DNA from: Asterias rubens
Lineage: Eukaryota
Direction: 5' to 3'
Assembly: GCF_902459465.1 (NCBI RefSeq)
Contig: NC_047073.1
Coordinates: forward strand, 12,648,001-12,712,000
Length of the DNA: 64,000 bases
The notes under the pieces: generated by a model
Told to the model about the DNA's origin: nothing
What the model saw: the letters and a program-made list of their open reading frames with translations, nothing else
Databases searched by the model: none
Made by a program: the position numbers and the translations under genes
Shown here: positions 27,501-37,734 of the stretch, in pieces
How positions within the stretch are numbered: position 1 is the first letter of the stretch
Layout of the letters: each line of letters opens with the position of its first letter

Positions 27501-30500
27501 TTCAATGATTATGGTGAAGTTTTTGTCAGAAATGTTGAAGAAAAGAAAAGTCCGACCTTCATCTTGAGGACTTTCCACTTGTCAAAGGTAAAGTATTGTT
27601 TTCTAAAGACACTGAACACCTTTGGTAACTATCAAAGACCAGTCTTCTCACTTGATGTATATCAAATATGCACAAAATAAAAAACCTGTGAAAATTTGAA
27701 CTCAATTGGTTGTCAAAGTTGCGAGATAATAGTGGAAGAAAAAACCCTTGTCACCACGAAGTTGTGTTTTTCATATGCTTGATTACGGGACCACAAAATA
27801 TAATTCTGAGGTCCGATATCAAATTCAAATAACATTTTAGTGGAGTATTACTTCTTTCTCGAGGACTACGTTTCTTGAGAGCGAGCCGTTTCTCACAATG
27901 TTTCATACTATCAACAGTTTTCCATCGTTTCAAAGTTGTATGCTTACAAATATTTTGTTGAGAACCAATTGATTGCTTATCGAAACTCACAGTCGGTGTA
28001 ATTGTATTGTCTCGCACTTGAACTTCTTTACTAAATGAGTTTGATTGTTCTCATTATATAATTTTCATCGTTCCAATATTGTTTCGAAAACTACAGGCTC
28101 CTTGTATCGTGTTTCTGTGTCTTTGATGTTTGAAGCTAATGTAGTCGTTATAATAAATGGTACCTTATTTCCACTGTTTACAGAGCAGCGAGCCCGAAGG
28201 CGAGTACCGTGAGGTTCTGCAGTATCATTACATCACATGGCCCGATATGAAGCCACCCGAGTCTTCATCCCTTCTACAGTTTATTGGACGAGTACACGCC
28301 TCAGAAACAACCCAACATGGTCCTACTATCGTGCACTGCAGGTATACTCACATCTAAAGACCTTTAGCATTATGCCACCATCTTTGTCATGTTATCTCTA
28401 TTCAATAACAGTGATGGGTGTCAATATTCATTGTACAAACAAGGACCAGACTATATTTTCCTACAGGCCTCGGTTTGGTTACATTGGTTGAAAAGGAGAA
28501 AATCAAGATGGCCTCCCAAATAAAGGTATATTGCTTTGTCCCATCGTATCAACAAAGTAAGTGAAAACAATGTGCCTTTCCTTTTACTGTTACTTACTAT
28601 TATAGCAACTATTGGAAACTGTTTTTTTTTTTTCTTTTTTTTTTCTTTTAACTAGTGCTGGGGTTGGCCGAACTGGAACCTACATAGCATTGGACGCCAT
28701 GATGGAACAGGCTCAGGCAGAAGGACAGGTCGATGTACTCAGCTTTGTGCGTAACATGAGGGACAAGCGCTACTTGATGGTTCAAACTGTGGTATGGGCA
28801 CAAACTTTAATAATTGTAATTAATCAATTAATTTATTAATTTTCATAAGTCATCTCCCCATGGAAGTTCGGGTGCTTTAGTTAAATGCGTTGACATAATT
28901 GCTTTGTTTAGATTAATCACGTGTTCAACATCCAACGAGAATCCCGTTCTTGACACTTGTGTCCTTGAGCAAGATGCCGTTCGGCAGCGGGGAGGGTATT
29001 ACCGGTGTCAGATGCAATTGTGTCCGCCATGCAATACTGTCCGCTCCGGACACTTTTGCATATGCAATCGTGTCTGGGGCTATGCAAAAACCGTCCGGTG
29101 GAAATGTACATGACACTGCGCGCGTAAGCAAGCACAACCGATTATGCAGCAGCGTCCGGGCGGACACGATTGCATATGCCAAACCGTCCGGCGGACATTA
29201 TTGCATATGCAATAATGTCCTCCGGGTAGTATTGCATAGAGGAGATCATTGCATGCGACACCGGCACTAGCTATTGCCAAACGCAACTGTTAACATAAAC
29301 TGATTGAACTTACTACTGAATAGCAAAAATGCAAAAAAGGTTATATTAAAAATGAACTGCTCTTTCACGCGGTCAGTGCCTCTTTCGTGTTTAACCAGAA
29401 CTTTTTTCCAAAGTTGCCGATGAGGAAACAAATTTAATATGTTGATTATTTTCTTTATTCATGTTAATTAGCACCATAAGTGATCAAGCCCTGTCCTGCT
29501 GGGAGAATTATTGACACTCCCCTTGAGATGTAATTATCGTAATCCTATGCAGTTTATTATACATTGTTTCGACTTAAAGCACGCCAATTGCCGCAATGAA
29601 AAGACAAATCGAACTGCACTCACTTCACGTTGATAATTTTTGTTTCGTTTTTATTTAATTTTTTTTTTTGGGGGTGGAATAATTGTCTTGGGTGTTTCAT
29701 GATCTGGTTTTGTGATCCTTAGGAGTCAGAGTAAAGAGTTCTATTAAACCTTGATAGTGACTTAAAAGAATACGTTATCATTTGAATTATTCAAATTTTC
29801 ATTTGTACAGGGTCAGTTCAAGTTCATCTACGAGGCTTTGTTGGAGTCCAGTCTGTCCGAGAACACTGCCATCTCAGTGGATCGATTCCCACAAGATCTA
29901 ATCAAACTGAAAAAGCGTGATAAGAAAACTGGAACAAACGGCATGGAAGACCAATTCCAGGTATACTATAAGTTTCAACGGATGAAGTTGTTCAATTGAC
30001 ATGGACAACAAACTATATTCTGCACATCCATGTGGAGAACGGTTGTTTTTCTTTGTGTTTTCCTGTGTTTGATATCCTTTAAATATCATTTGTACTTGGA
30101 GAGCACCACATAGTCTTTACAATGCACCTAATGTGAGCTTTGTGTGGTCATATTTTGTTTCTGTCTTCATAACGTGGTCGATAATTAAAGACAATTTCTA
30201 GTTGTATGCCTATTCTTTACCATTTACACTTGTTTGTCGTTGTAATGACTCACATGTTTAAAGCCAGTGGACACTATTGGTAATTGTCAAAGACTAGCCC
30301 TAACAGTTTGTGTATCTCAACATAAGCATAAAATAACAAACCTGTGAAAATTTGAGCTCAATCGGTCATCGAACTTGCGAGATAATAATGAAAGAAATAA
30401 ACACTCTTGTCACACGAAGTTGTGTGCGTTTAGATGGTTGATTTCGAGACCTCAAGTTCTAAATCTGAGGTCTCGAAATCAAATTCGTGGAAAATTACTT

Positions 30501-33500
30501 CTTTCTCAAAAACTATGGCTTTTCAGAGGGAGCCGTTTATTACAATGTTTTATACCATCAACCCCTCCCCATTACTCCTCACCAAGTAAGGTTTTATGAC
30601 AATAATTATTTTTAGTAATTACCAATAGTGTCCACTGCCTTTAATGATCAACCAAACTACTCTTGTTTTCGTAACAGATGTTGGATACTTTCACTGCATC
30701 AATGAGTGACGACCAGTGCTACGGAGGGAGGCAGCCTGACAACGCAGACAAGAACAGATTTGAGGATTGCATTCCAAGTATATTTTTAATATAAATATTT
30801 TTTTTTTCTGTTAGTATAGTGAACCAAGAAACACGAGCCGTCTAAAAAAAGACAAATTCATTTTTAAAGGCAGTGTACACTATTGGTAATTACTCAAAAT
30901 AATTATTAGCATAAATCTTTTCTTGGTGACGAGTAATGGGGAGAGGTTGATGGTATACAAAATTGTGAGAAACGGCTCCCTCTGAAGTGCCATAATTTTC
31001 GAGAAAGAAGTAATTTTCCACGAATTTGATATGGAAACCTCAGATTTAGAACTTGAGGTCTCTATATCGACCATCTAAATGTACACAACTTCGTGTGACA
31101 ACTTTGATGGCCAATTGAGCTTAAATTTTCACATGTTAGTTATTTTATGCATATGTGGAGATACACCAACTGTGAAGGCTAGTCTTTGACAATTACCAAT
31201 AGTGTCCACTGCCTTTAACATTGGTATCCGAGGCAGTCGAGGTAAACACTTCAACCTCGCATTATGTAAATCAAGTTGTTAAGAAACATCATCGAGCAGC
31301 AAAACAAACTTGTGATTAGACTGGAATTCATATCCATGACCAGTCGCCATATGCCCTGACTTCTTGGCAAAGTAACAACAAGTAAGCATAAAAGTAGTTA
31401 ATCAAACAACTTCTGAACTTTGCTTTCCGTATCGCATTTACTTTGAAAATTATAAAGCTGGGTAATAGAAAGTGTTAAAAAAGTTACAAAGGAAAAGCTA
31501 CATTTTGTGAACCCTGTCCTGCTTTTTGTTTCCCCATATACGCAACAACTTTTTCAAATGTCGGTCAAATCAACCCATCATTAAGATGCAATTTAAGCTA
31601 ACATGTAGTCTGATACCTTGCTAGGGGACAGCACCAGACCATACCTGATGACAACAGGTGACGAAGGTAGCACTAACTACATCAATGCTACATTCTTAGA
31701 GGTAAGTTAAAACCAAAAGGTTCATGACATCGACGGTGTCTGGCAAACTGGCTGGAGCAACTCAATGACTCCATCGATTGATCAGTTTGTATTTTGCTGA
31801 TTGTCTTAAAGGCAGTGGACACTATTGGTACTTACTCAAAATAATTATCAGCATAAAACCTCACTTCGGTAACGAGTAATGGGGAAAGGTTGATAGTATA
31901 AAACATTGTTAGAAACGGCTCTCTCTGAAGTGACGTAGTTTTCGAGAAAGAAGTAATTTTCCACGAATTTGATTTCGAGACCTCAAGTTTAGAACTTGAG
32001 GTCTCGAAATCAACCATCTAAAAGCACACAACTTCGTGTGACAAGGGTGTTTTTTCTTTCATTATTATCTCGCAACTCCGACGACCAATTGAGCTCAAAT
32101 TTTCACAGGTTTGTTATTTCATGCATATGTTGAGATACACCAAGTGATAAGACTGGTCTTTGACAATTACCAATAGTGTCCAGTGTCTGTAAACCAAAGG
32201 TGGGATTTTACACCATTGCTTCGTTCTTAGAGGTACAAACTAATAAAATGCCAATGACATTGATGGTATACAGCCAACTGACTGGAGCAGTTCGATTATT
32301 TTCACTTATGATCAGATTGTGGTTTGCTAAGACGATAATTTAATAAGGTCCAGTGATGCCCACTTGCTTGCCGTTCCACCTTCCAGGTTGAAAACTTATG
32401 TGGATAGAAGTTTCTCAGTTGCAGCCCCCGGGCCTGTGGAACGGCTTGCCTCTCACCCTTAGATCACATTACATGAAATTTCTTAATTCAAATCCAATCT
32501 CAAAACTTACTTCTTGAGTCAAGACTACCATTAATTTTTCCATTGGTCATATGAATAGTATTTTTTTTCTAGATACCAGCGCTTTATAAGATGTATTATT
32601 ATTATTTATTATTAAATATTATTCGAATGTTTGATTTACTTTGGCTATCCAGGGTTCCAGAGGCAAGCACTCCTACCTGGCCACACAAGCTCCCCTACCC
32701 AGCACGATGGGTGATATATGGCGGCTGGTGTTTGACTACAAATCATCCTGCATTATTATGCTCAACTCCATGGACAATGACCCGGTGTGTGAACAAACAT
32801 AAAATTTTCTTAAAAATGTATTATTTTAATTAAATTTATTTTGAACAGTAGTACTTCATAAACTAATTTCACTCCATTGACAAGATGACACATAACTTAC
32901 TATTAATTGTTGTTTTTTGCAATACAATAACTTCATTCTGGAAATAAACTGGAACAAATGTTATCTTTGAATAGCTTTGCCACATAATGCAATTTTTTGT
33001 TACTTTTGAAAAAATTTGAATCGTGACATTATTAAATAAGCATAATTTAAGTTGACTTTCAACTAAAGTTTTTTATTGCATTATTATTCCGAAAATCATT
33101 GCCGTAAAAAAAAAAGAGTCGTGAAGATCACAGATTTACTCAAAACTTCGGTCTAATGATGATGATAGTAGAAAACATCCCTTGAAATATTTCTGTCTGA
33201 AAATTAATATATGATGATAAATAAATAGTCTAACTTCGTGTTTGAAGTTTATTACCCAGTGAGCGTTTTATTCATTTTTATTTTGGCATCGATGCAATGC
33301 AAAATTTGTAATCGTTTTTTTACTATTTTCTCGTGACCCAGATGGCCGATCGATCTTAAACTTCTACAGGTTTTTCAGTTTATGTATAGTGTGGATTACA
33401 TAGAGTGCTTTCACTGCCAGCAACTGTTTTGTTAGCAAAACCAATTATGTAATGTTCCTTTAAGATAACGTGGGCTAGACTTTAATACCAGGTTGAAGTT

Positions 33501-36462
33501 AATGTCATTATTGTATTATATAAGTCGTTTTTTACTTATGAAATAAGTAAACAGAAATGACTCATCTATTGGTTTTGTTTGCCCCACTCATCAGCAGAGC
33601 ATCCCACAGTACTGGCCGGAGGAGGGCAGCATGAGCTTTGGACCACTGACTGTACAGTTACTGAGTGAGGATCAACGCGACGAGGACATGGTCGTGCGAC
33701 AATTCGGCATCACGTACCCACTTAGAAATGTCAGTATTTGTTGCAACAAACAATTGTAGCTATGTTAATGTTGTTTGTCTATTTTTTTGTAAACTTCTGT
33801 TTAGACTATTTCCGTGTGCTGTGTGAACGCACGTAAAAGAACCCAGTACACTTTCATTCATTCATTCATTTATTTTATTTTTACCACACACAAAGAAACG
33901 GTTATCGAAAAGATTGGCAGCATAATGCGCCATTGTTAACCATTACATTGTGCTATGTAAAAGGAATACGTAGGATTTGAAACTTTGCATGGTGGAAATA
34001 ACATGTACATGTAGAAGAGTTAGTGGTAACACCATGTAATGACTATCTCTAAATGAGTTGGGGTGGTTCTGAAAAGAATCATTGGCTTAACTCGACGTTT
34101 CGAGAGAGAGAAATACGTATCACAATCCAGTCCCATCATTGCAGGAAAATACGGTATGACTTTAAAATGTAAACCCAGTGACAGATGTGCACGCTATGTT
34201 ATAAGAAGCCACTCTTATTCAAACTATGTTGGAAAAAATCTTTCTCCTATTTGTGTAAAAACATAAAATAAAACTGTGGCTTTCCATCTGGTTTCTTAAT
34301 TAAATTTTAAGTAGGCCTACATTTGTTTTGACCTAATCTTGCACAAAACTTCTCGTGTAATTAATTTGTTTCATTCTAATTGAAAATATAAATTAGCAGA
34401 AAGAGGTGCAGACTGTATGCCATATCCAGTTCCTGCAGTGGCCCAAAAAGAAGGACATCCCCAGCTCGCCGTCTAGTCTCCTTAAATTGATTGAGGCTGT
34501 CAACACGTGGACGGAGGAGCATCCTGATGGACCACTCACAGTCCACTGCATGTAAGTATCGCTTAAAGGCAAGGGACACTATTGGTAATTGTCAAAGACT
34601 AGCCTTCACAGTTGGTGTATCTCAACATATGCATAAAATAACAAACCTGTGAAAATTTGAGCTCAATCGGTCATCGAAGTTGCGAGATAATAATGAAAGA
34701 AAAAAAAACACCCTTCTCACACGAAGTTGTGTGCGTTTAGATGGTTGATTTTGAGACCTCAAATTCTAAACTTGAGGTCTCGAAATCAAATTCATGGAAA
34801 ATTACTTCTTTCTCAAAAACTATGACACTTCAGAGGGAGCCGTTTCTCCCAATGTTTAATACCATCAACCTCTCCCCATTACTCGTCACCAAGAAAGGTT
34901 TTATGCTAATAATTATTTTGAGTAATTACCAATAGTGTCCACTGCCTTTAAAGGCAGTGGACACTATTGGTAGCTAGTTGCTCAAAACAGTTATTAGCAT
35001 GAAACCTTACTTGGTAACGAGTAATGGGGAGAGATTGCTAGTATAAACCCCTTGTGAGAAACGGCTCTCTCTGCAGTGACATATAGTTTTCGAAAAAGAA
35101 GTAGTTTTCCACGAATTAGACTTCGAGACCTCAGAATAAAATTTTGAGGTCTCGAAATCAAGCATCTGAAAGCACACAACTTCGTGTGACAAGGGTGTTT
35201 TTCTGTCATAGTTGTCTCGCAACTTCCACGACCAATTTAGCTCCAATTTTCACAAGGTTGTTGTTACTATATACATATGTTGAGATACAGCAGGTGAGAA
35301 GACTGGTCTTTGACAGTTACCAATAGTGTCCATTGTCTTTAACACCAGATTGGTTCTAAGTGTTTGGCTGGTGGCAAATGTGAACGATAAAACCAAAATA
35401 CATTTTGGGTAGCAACAAAAATCGCGTAAAAACCCAAAGGGAAACGGAATGGGTAATTTTAACAAGTACCTATTTTTTTAATTAAGGTTCAAAAAATAAA
35501 AATGTACTTAATAAATTGTATGGTCAATTTGGGTGTGACCCCTGGCTACGGCAGCTAAGGGTCTCGGGCTTCTGAATGTCACACAGAACAAAGTAATTTA
35601 CAACAGGTAAAACCCCATCCATATGGCTAGATAGCTCAGTTACTTAAACCTGAGGTCGTTGGTTCTAATTCCGTATTTGTCTTAGTTCAATCTTAAATCA
35701 TGTTTTAACAAGGTATTGTCAGTTGCCGAGTAACCAAACACTTGTTCTAGAGTTGTTCGATTATTTGCTACTACTATTATTCTCTTTATCAGTGACGGAG
35801 AGGGTTGCAGTGGGACATTCTGCACCCTGGTCACCCTCTTAGATCGCCTAGAGCAGGATGGGGTCATTGACGTCTTCCAGGCAGTTAAGAAACTCCGCTC
35901 AACTCGAGCTGGAATGGTCAAGACATTGGTAAGAATATTCAAAATATTACGGTCCTGCATAAAACAGTACAACAACAACATTTGACCTAGCTGAAGAAAA
36001 TCAGTAAGTCTAAAATTTTGGTCGACTGTATTTTTTTTGAGAAAACAAAAAGATGTTGCTGTTGCAAAGAAGTAAAATGTGTAAAATAACTGCACAAAAA
36101 CATGATTTGTGTGGGCTTCCCCAATATGAAATTAAACTGATAGTTTAAGTTGTCCTGCTTAATTAAACTGGGTCAAGAGTGATACTTGCTAAAGAGCCCG
36201 ACGGATTGCCAACAACAAACATTGTTCACCATATTTTGTTTATACTAAAATGTAATGTTTGCCTTGAAATTACTGGAAGGCGTGAGAATAATCTAACCGT
36301 CAAAATTTGTTGTTGAAATGCATTTTTATGTTAAGTTAGTTATTTTGTTTTTCAATCTGTGGTTCTTTATTTTAGGCTCAGTACCAGCTGTGCTATCAAG
36401 TGGTCAAGTCGTATCTGGATGAAGCTTCATCGTCAACTATCTATGAGAACGTACACCGTTAA
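184..36462 (+). CDS. Gene 1: receptor-type protein tyrosine phosphatase with Tie-like (Ig-Ig-EGF) ectodomain, 6 extra EGF repeats, 11 FN3 plus a juxtamembrane FN3-like domain, TM and tandem PTP D1/D2; 5'-partial
   Basis: 45 exons traced by hand, all GT-AG with compatible phases, 7595 coding nt in window ending in TAA at 36460-36462. Motifs: [11 protein letters not shown] (Tie EGF), [26 protein letters not shown] (PTP). Signal-peptide exon lies upstream of position 1 (gene 2 has it). Confidence 0.9.
1414..1620. mobile_element. Kolobok-type MITE family A, internally deleted copy
   Basis: Ends ...gtgtcctgtgcc|ttaa; orthologous copy at 47706-47913. Confidence 0.7.
3194..3532. mobile_element. Kolobok-type MITE family A
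   Basis: TTAA at both ends; internal ggctccctctgaagt...gaaagaagtaattttccacgaatttg shared with other copies. Confidence 0.75.
3593..3847 (+). CDS. Gene 1 exon: Tie-like Ig2 domain
   Basis: ccccag|CA...AGAG|gtaaac, 255 nt; RTVNLNDNV...W.K.G...DSGIYEC...ALLRLIVR matches the Tie Ig2 pattern. Confidence 0.9.
4643..5371 (+). CDS. Gene 1 exons: Tie-type EGF1 (4643-4777) and EGF2 (5213-5371)
   Basis: CLNGGIC...CICPPGFGG and [22 protein letters not shown]; 135 and 159 nt phase 1-1 exons with GT-AG. Confidence 0.92.
6062..9626 (+). CDS. Gene 1: six tandem 132-nt EGF-like (8-Cys, MEGF/laminin-EGF-like) exons
   Basis: Exons 6062-6193, 6267-6398, 6496-6627, 9047-9178, 9276-9407, 9495-9626; each 44 codons, phase 1-1, consensus C..G.FG.NC.Q.CHCA...SC...TG.C.G.CA.GY.G..CQ. 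Confidence 0.92.
6633..8969. mobile_element. 2337-bp insertion with TGTC...GACA ends and a 4-bp TSD (LTR-retroelement-like, non-coding)
   Basis: TACG at 6629-6632 and 8970-8973; removing the insert restores gtacggaaaaatgcc, the uninterrupted intron start seen in gene 2 at 53238. Confidence 0.75.
7268..8442. repeat. About 140-bp direct repeat inside the 2.3-kb insertion
   Basis: 7268-7415 and 8304-8442 (ctgtatcaacagagcacgtg...ccgattttcgc), near-identical apart from a short indel. Confidence 0.9.
10736..17032 (+). CDS. Gene 1: nine alternating Cys-bearing FN3 domains
   Basis: Exons 10736-11029, 11424-11732, 11896-12180, 12612-12923, 13079-13375, 13659-13970, 14478-14762, 15166-15298 + 16134-16309 (one domain), 16745-17032; FN3 W and L.P.T.Y.V.V motifs; all domain boundaries phase 1. 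Confidence 0.9.
15596..15977. mobile_element. Kolobok-type MITE family A (gene 1 only)
   Basis: ggacactattggtaatt...ttaccaatagtgtccactgcc|ttaa; absent from the paralogous intron 61277-61898. Confidence 0.8.
17446..20481 (+). CDS. Gene 1: two Cys-free FN3 domains, each split over two exons
   Basis: 17446-17684 + 18682-18751 and 19538-19644 + 20265-20481; phase-0 internal junctions; motifs W.AP..P.G.I..Y and [13 protein letters not shown]. Confidence 0.88.
20559..20821. other. Assembly gap (263 N) in a gene 1 intron
   Basis: Run of N; flanking exons are phase-compatible, so no exon is required, but a hidden symmetric phase-1 exon cannot be excluded. Confidence 0.99.
20969..22520 (+). CDS. Gene 1: membrane-proximal FN3-like domain of RPTP type
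   Basis: Exons 20969-21068, 21959-22214, 22478-22520 give SSYQIGV...YVAAEL...[17 protein letters not shown]...YEIYVGAVS, the conserved juxtamembrane module of R2-type RPTPs. Confidence 0.85.
23100..24958 (+). CDS. Gene 1: transmembrane exon and Ser/Pro-rich intracellular juxtamembrane region
   Basis: 23100-23202 encodes [23 protein letters not shown], followed by RKWK (24191-24270); 24630-24958 is S/P/K-rich and ends FQQDFE. Confidence 0.88.
25327..29960 (+). CDS. Gene 1: PTP domain D1, predicted catalytically active
   Basis: Exons 25327-25414, 25971-26047, 26147-26183, 26907-27004, 27465-27587, 28184-28341, 28656-28791, 29811-29960: [52 protein letters not shown]. Confidence 0.95.
26345..26750. 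mobile_element. Long-TIR MITE-like repeat
   Basis: 26385-26470 is roughly the reverse complement of 26650-26735 (gtactttttg.tacacaaaacacaatgtc...); a forward copy lies at about 19205-19345. Boundaries approximate. Confidence 0.55.
27603..27960. mobile_element. Kolobok-type MITE family A, diverged copy
   Basis: Left end and core recognisable; right end decayed, boundary approximate. Confidence 0.6.
28999..29272. mobile_element. GC-rich TIR element with internal palindromic repeats (superfamily unassigned)
   Basis: Ends ccggtgtcagatgcaat / attgcatgcgacaccgg; repeated ttgcatatgc and ccgtccgg units. Confidence 0.65.
30258..30644. mobile_element. Kolobok-type MITE family A
   Basis: TTAA|AGCCAGTGGACACTATTGGTAATT ... 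AATTACCAATAGTGTCCACTGCCT|TTAA; TTAA TSD with RR...YY termini is the Kolobok signature. Confidence 0.85.
30678..36462 (+). CDS. Gene 1: PTP domain D2 (pseudophosphatase) and C-terminal tail
   Basis: Exons 30678-30777, 31625-31701, 32653-32784, 33598-33729, 34400-34551, 35793-35928, 36376-36462: KNRF, NYINA, QYWP, WPK instead of WPD, VHCIDGEGCSG lacking the catalytic Arg; ends STIYENVHR*. Confidence 0.92.
30864..31218. mobile_element. Kolobok-type MITE family A, opposite orientation to 30258-30644
   Basis: Same TIRs and TTAA flanks; internal sequence reverse-complemented. Confidence 0.85.
31806..32192. mobile_element. Kolobok-type MITE family A
   Basis: TTAA|AGGCAGTGGACACTATTGG...CCAATAGTGTCCAGTGTCT|GTAA. 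Confidence 0.85.
33085..33463. mobile_element. Kolobok-type MITE family B, reverse orientation
   Basis: Ends tatgtaatgttcct|ttaa; contains gtgacccagatggccgatcgatc; left boundary approximate. Confidence 0.65.
34563..35342. mobile_element. Two family A MITEs in inverted tandem sharing one TTAA
   Basis: Copies 34563-34951 and 34948-35342; junction gtgtccactgcctttaaaggcagtggacac. Confidence 0.88.
35624..35675 (+). mobile_element. Degenerate tRNA-derived SINE head
   Basis: A-box-like tagctcagt and B-box-like ggttctaattcc; cannot fold as a tRNA. Confidence 0.3.
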
Positions 36463-37209
36463 ACGGGATCACATATTTTTCATGCATTAAAGTATCGGTT
36501 TGGCTGCGTAAATTGATCATTATCCTTATCAAGTATTGTCTATGCATATAACAAGTTTTTTTTTATATAATTAAGATTAAGTGTATTGATTAAAAAGTAT
36601 ATACATTTGCATATACAAGATTGGTTAGTTACAATAAGTTAAAGTCATATGCTTAATTGCTATAATAACCATTTTTTTATGTTGACCATTACACAAATGA
36701 TTACCAAGGAATTGTTCTAAATCATGAGAAGTCAGTCCGTTTCCCCTACTGAAAAACCGAAATGGTTATGCCAAGGCAAAACAGTGTATGCTTAGTCTCT
36801 GATATGCATTGATAAGCTGAAGTGTCAAGTATCAGCAGTGTGAACAATTTTCATGGAAAAGTAATTTGTCTCAATACTGAAAACTGAGATCACAACTTTG
36901 ATACTCGTAGACCTATTGTTGTCACAGCGCTGTAATTATTCACGTTTCCAGGGGGAATAGAACCGCGTGTGTATACAACCAATGGAGGAATCTGTAGTCA
37001 ATCTAAAGTGACAGTCCAACAAAATCAAAATGAAATGATTGTTTATTCGTAGACGATTATTGCTTGGCGGTTCATAGTGATAGTAAAACAACAAAATTAT
37101 TAAAATGATTTGAGCAAAATCACATTAGGTTAGACTACGATGATGACATTTTACCTAGGCATAATATCGAATTTTATATGTACTCTCGCTTAATCAAGAA
37201 CACATAAGA

Positions 37210-37734
37210 TTAAAGTCACCTGGAAGTGGTATTTTTCAAAATAAAGCTTTTGTCACTAATAGATGTATTTTGATGAGTGGAATGTGAATAAACAGTTAAC
37301 TAAGGTTTTAACAAAATAGTTATTATGTTATTTACACATTTAAGAGTAGGTCCCGACCCGAGAGGGCGCTGTTTGTGACGTCAATCGTGGCAGACTTTAC
37401 ATAATTATTTTCGGCAATGCCGACCAGGTGTATTGCTGCTGAATGCAGAAAAACACTCATTGAAACGTACAAACTCACGACCTGGACCGTACATGCACTT
37501 TGCACGTGTGTTTACGCTACGCATTGCAGGCAAAGTCTGCCTCGATTGCCGTCACAAAAGGGGTAGGCGGAGTCAGCCCCCCAAAAAACTTAAAATAAAA
37601 AAAAATAAAAAAATCGATATATATTTTAAACATATAAATCGTGACAAACAATTACTAAAACATATGTTTTATTATTTATAATCATATACTTTTATGTTTG
37701 AAAGACACAAATATATATTTCCAGGTGACTTTAA
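37210..37734. mobile_element. Kolobok-type non-autonomous element, family D (517 bp)
   Basis: TTAA|AGTCACCTGGAA ... TTCCAGGTGACT|TTAA. Confidence 0.8.

Noticed and set aside
28904-29286. Five overlapping ORFs on both strands
   Set aside because: Caused by a GC-rich, internally repetitive TIR element; no protein motif.
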